Origin: Squalus acanthias | Lineage: Eukaryota | Direction of reading: 5' to 3' | Assembly: GCA_030390025.1 (NCBI GenBank) | Contig: CM059433.1 | Span: forward strand, 13,952,001-14,016,000 | DNA: 64,000 bases | In this document: one piece after another, positions 62,480-64,000 of the stretch | Layout: every line of letters begins with the position of its first letter | How positions within the stretch are numbered: the stretch's first letter is position 1 | Notes under the pieces: generated by a model | Told to the model about the DNA's origin: nothing | The model's input: the letters and a program-made list of their open reading frames with translations, nothing else | Databases searched by the model: none | Position numbers and translations under genes: made by a program

Positions 62480-63200
62480 TATGCTTAAGTTCAATCCACA
62501 AATAAGTGTTAAGTTCAGAAAGTCAGCACAGAAAGAAAGATTTTCAGAGTTCAAGACCACAACAACTTCACAACACAAAGATAATGGTAATGTACATGTT
62601 TGTGCTCTAATTTATGGTGTAGAGCAAGACACTTCGCAAGTTTATAAAAAATTCATATGCGAGTTGAAAGATCAGAAGAATAACAAACAGTCATGCAAAA
62701 ATAAGATGAATGTATTGTTTCAAAATGCAACTTAGACAGATGTTCGGGAGATGGGGCTGCTGAAATGTGAGCTTGTAAAGATTGCAATTAAGGATAATGC
62801 TGTCCCTCGCAGACTGAATATACCCCATAGAATTTCATTCTCAATAGTTCCTGAAGTGGAAGAGGAAGTAAAAGGAATGAGACTAGCTGGCAACAATGTG
62901 GAAGTTACTGAATCATTCGAACGGTGCTTGCAGAACGGCCGTACGTTCCGGGAAAAGAGTAAATTATAGTTGACACACGGTCCAAGAATCCAATTCACTG
63001 AGCATGAGGTCCAGGCTTATGTTGAAACAATTCAGCCCAGCAAGGCAGAGTGAGAGTTCGACTTACAGTATATGTTGCAAGCTGAACGCTCAGTAATAAC
63101 TGGTTTGTTGGAGGACGAGAACAGAATGCAATCCCTGCCCCATTGAGGAGAAGGAATCCTTGAGGGACATAGGCATGAATTCAAGTCTATCGTCAATCTC
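62480..63200 (+). mobile_element. Heavily deleted Gypsy gag/pol remnant
   Basis: VCALIYG (gag-like); MGLLKCELVKIAIKDNAVP...HRISFSIVPEVEEEVKGM (pre-RT linker); EVQAYVET. Confidence 0.65.
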
Positions 63201-63590
63201 TTCTAGCATTCAGAGGCATCAGTTAGTCTATAAGTAGTCTGAGTTCCTTACTTTTATGGGCGTTGACTCACATTGCACTAAATCTACTTTTAGGATCGTG
63301 TAATCCAGGGATATAACAATAGCATCCTCTTGTGATCTGGACTAGATATACGTGCCGTTCACACATATATTACTTCAATATCTCTGAAGGCAGACTAAGT
63401 GCACACTTGGTGAGATGAGTCCTGATACAAACCATTAAATTGCTTTATTTCCCATCAGGCCAACGTACAGAACAACAGCTACGATTGGTTTCATTTATTT
63501 CAATCAACTTGTTTTCACTTAATATTATAAAATAGTGAAAAGACCACATTTCCCATATCGGTGGGTTATCTTACTTAACTTAAACAAAAT

Positions 63591-64000
63591 GGGGTGTATT
63601 TTCAGGCCTCCTGCCTGTTGGAAACAGGATGGTCGCACCCTGAGAATGGTGCACAATGACCCAACAGCCTATTGCTGCAGTCGCAGCAGTCGCAGTAGTG
63701 TTCCCCCGGGCCTATCGCTGGGCAGACCCCTGGGAAGGCGGTAGACCTACTTAAAATGCTAATTGGGTCCCTGTGACATATACAGGACTCCGGTTGGTAT
63801 TTCTGGATAGAAGTGAGCAGAACGAGCGCTGTGCACGCTCCGAACAGTATCAGCTGGTGGCCTGGCTGAAGAGGAGCCCAAAGATAAGTTCCTCTTTATT
63901 CTTGTATAGCCTGGAGAAGCAAGGATGCTCCTCCAGGCTCCACCAAAACGAGGCTGGGCCATTGTCACTCAGGCTCTGCTTACCCACCCCCCCCGAGACA
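63591..64000. mobile_element. Left part of a Harbinger-type element running off the window
   Basis: GGGGTGTATTTT terminus similar to other MITEs here. Confidence 0.4.

Overview
Vertebrate genomic DNA, very probably a cartilaginous fish (shark), judged from its repeat families (CR1 with (TTCTATGT/TTCTTATG)n tails, a SacSINE1-like DeuSINE, Penelope pLTRs). The whole window lies inside one minus-strand host gene, gamma-2-syntrophin (SNTG2). Four short coding exons (59415-59458, 59255-59296, 51233-51320, 32637-32728) have canonical AG/GT sites and splice in frame to (A)DQTGMLFVGDAVLQ-VNGINVENATHEEV-VHLLRNAGDEVTITVQYLREAPSFLKLPL-GSPGPSSDHSSGTSSPLFDSGLHLNGNSTNT, the second half of the PDZ domain plus linker. 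The rest is intron dense in transposons: CR1, L2, RTE and Vingi-like LINEs, SINEs, Penelope fragments with minimal hammerhead ribozymes, degenerate PIF/Harbinger elements and their MITEs, a hAT MITE, three LTR-like segments and a Gypsy remnant, often nested. Nearly all long ORFs in the track are retrotransposon or transposase fragments. I see no new multi-gene system. The best leads are a MITE family with a conserved 30-nt splice cassette (in frame with SNTG2 in one copy) and a covarying hairpin, a sense-strand intronic hammerhead, a chimeric SINE and a ~1-kb solo LTR. Family names come from motif recognition, not database searches; repeat boundaries without a TSD or TIR are approximate.
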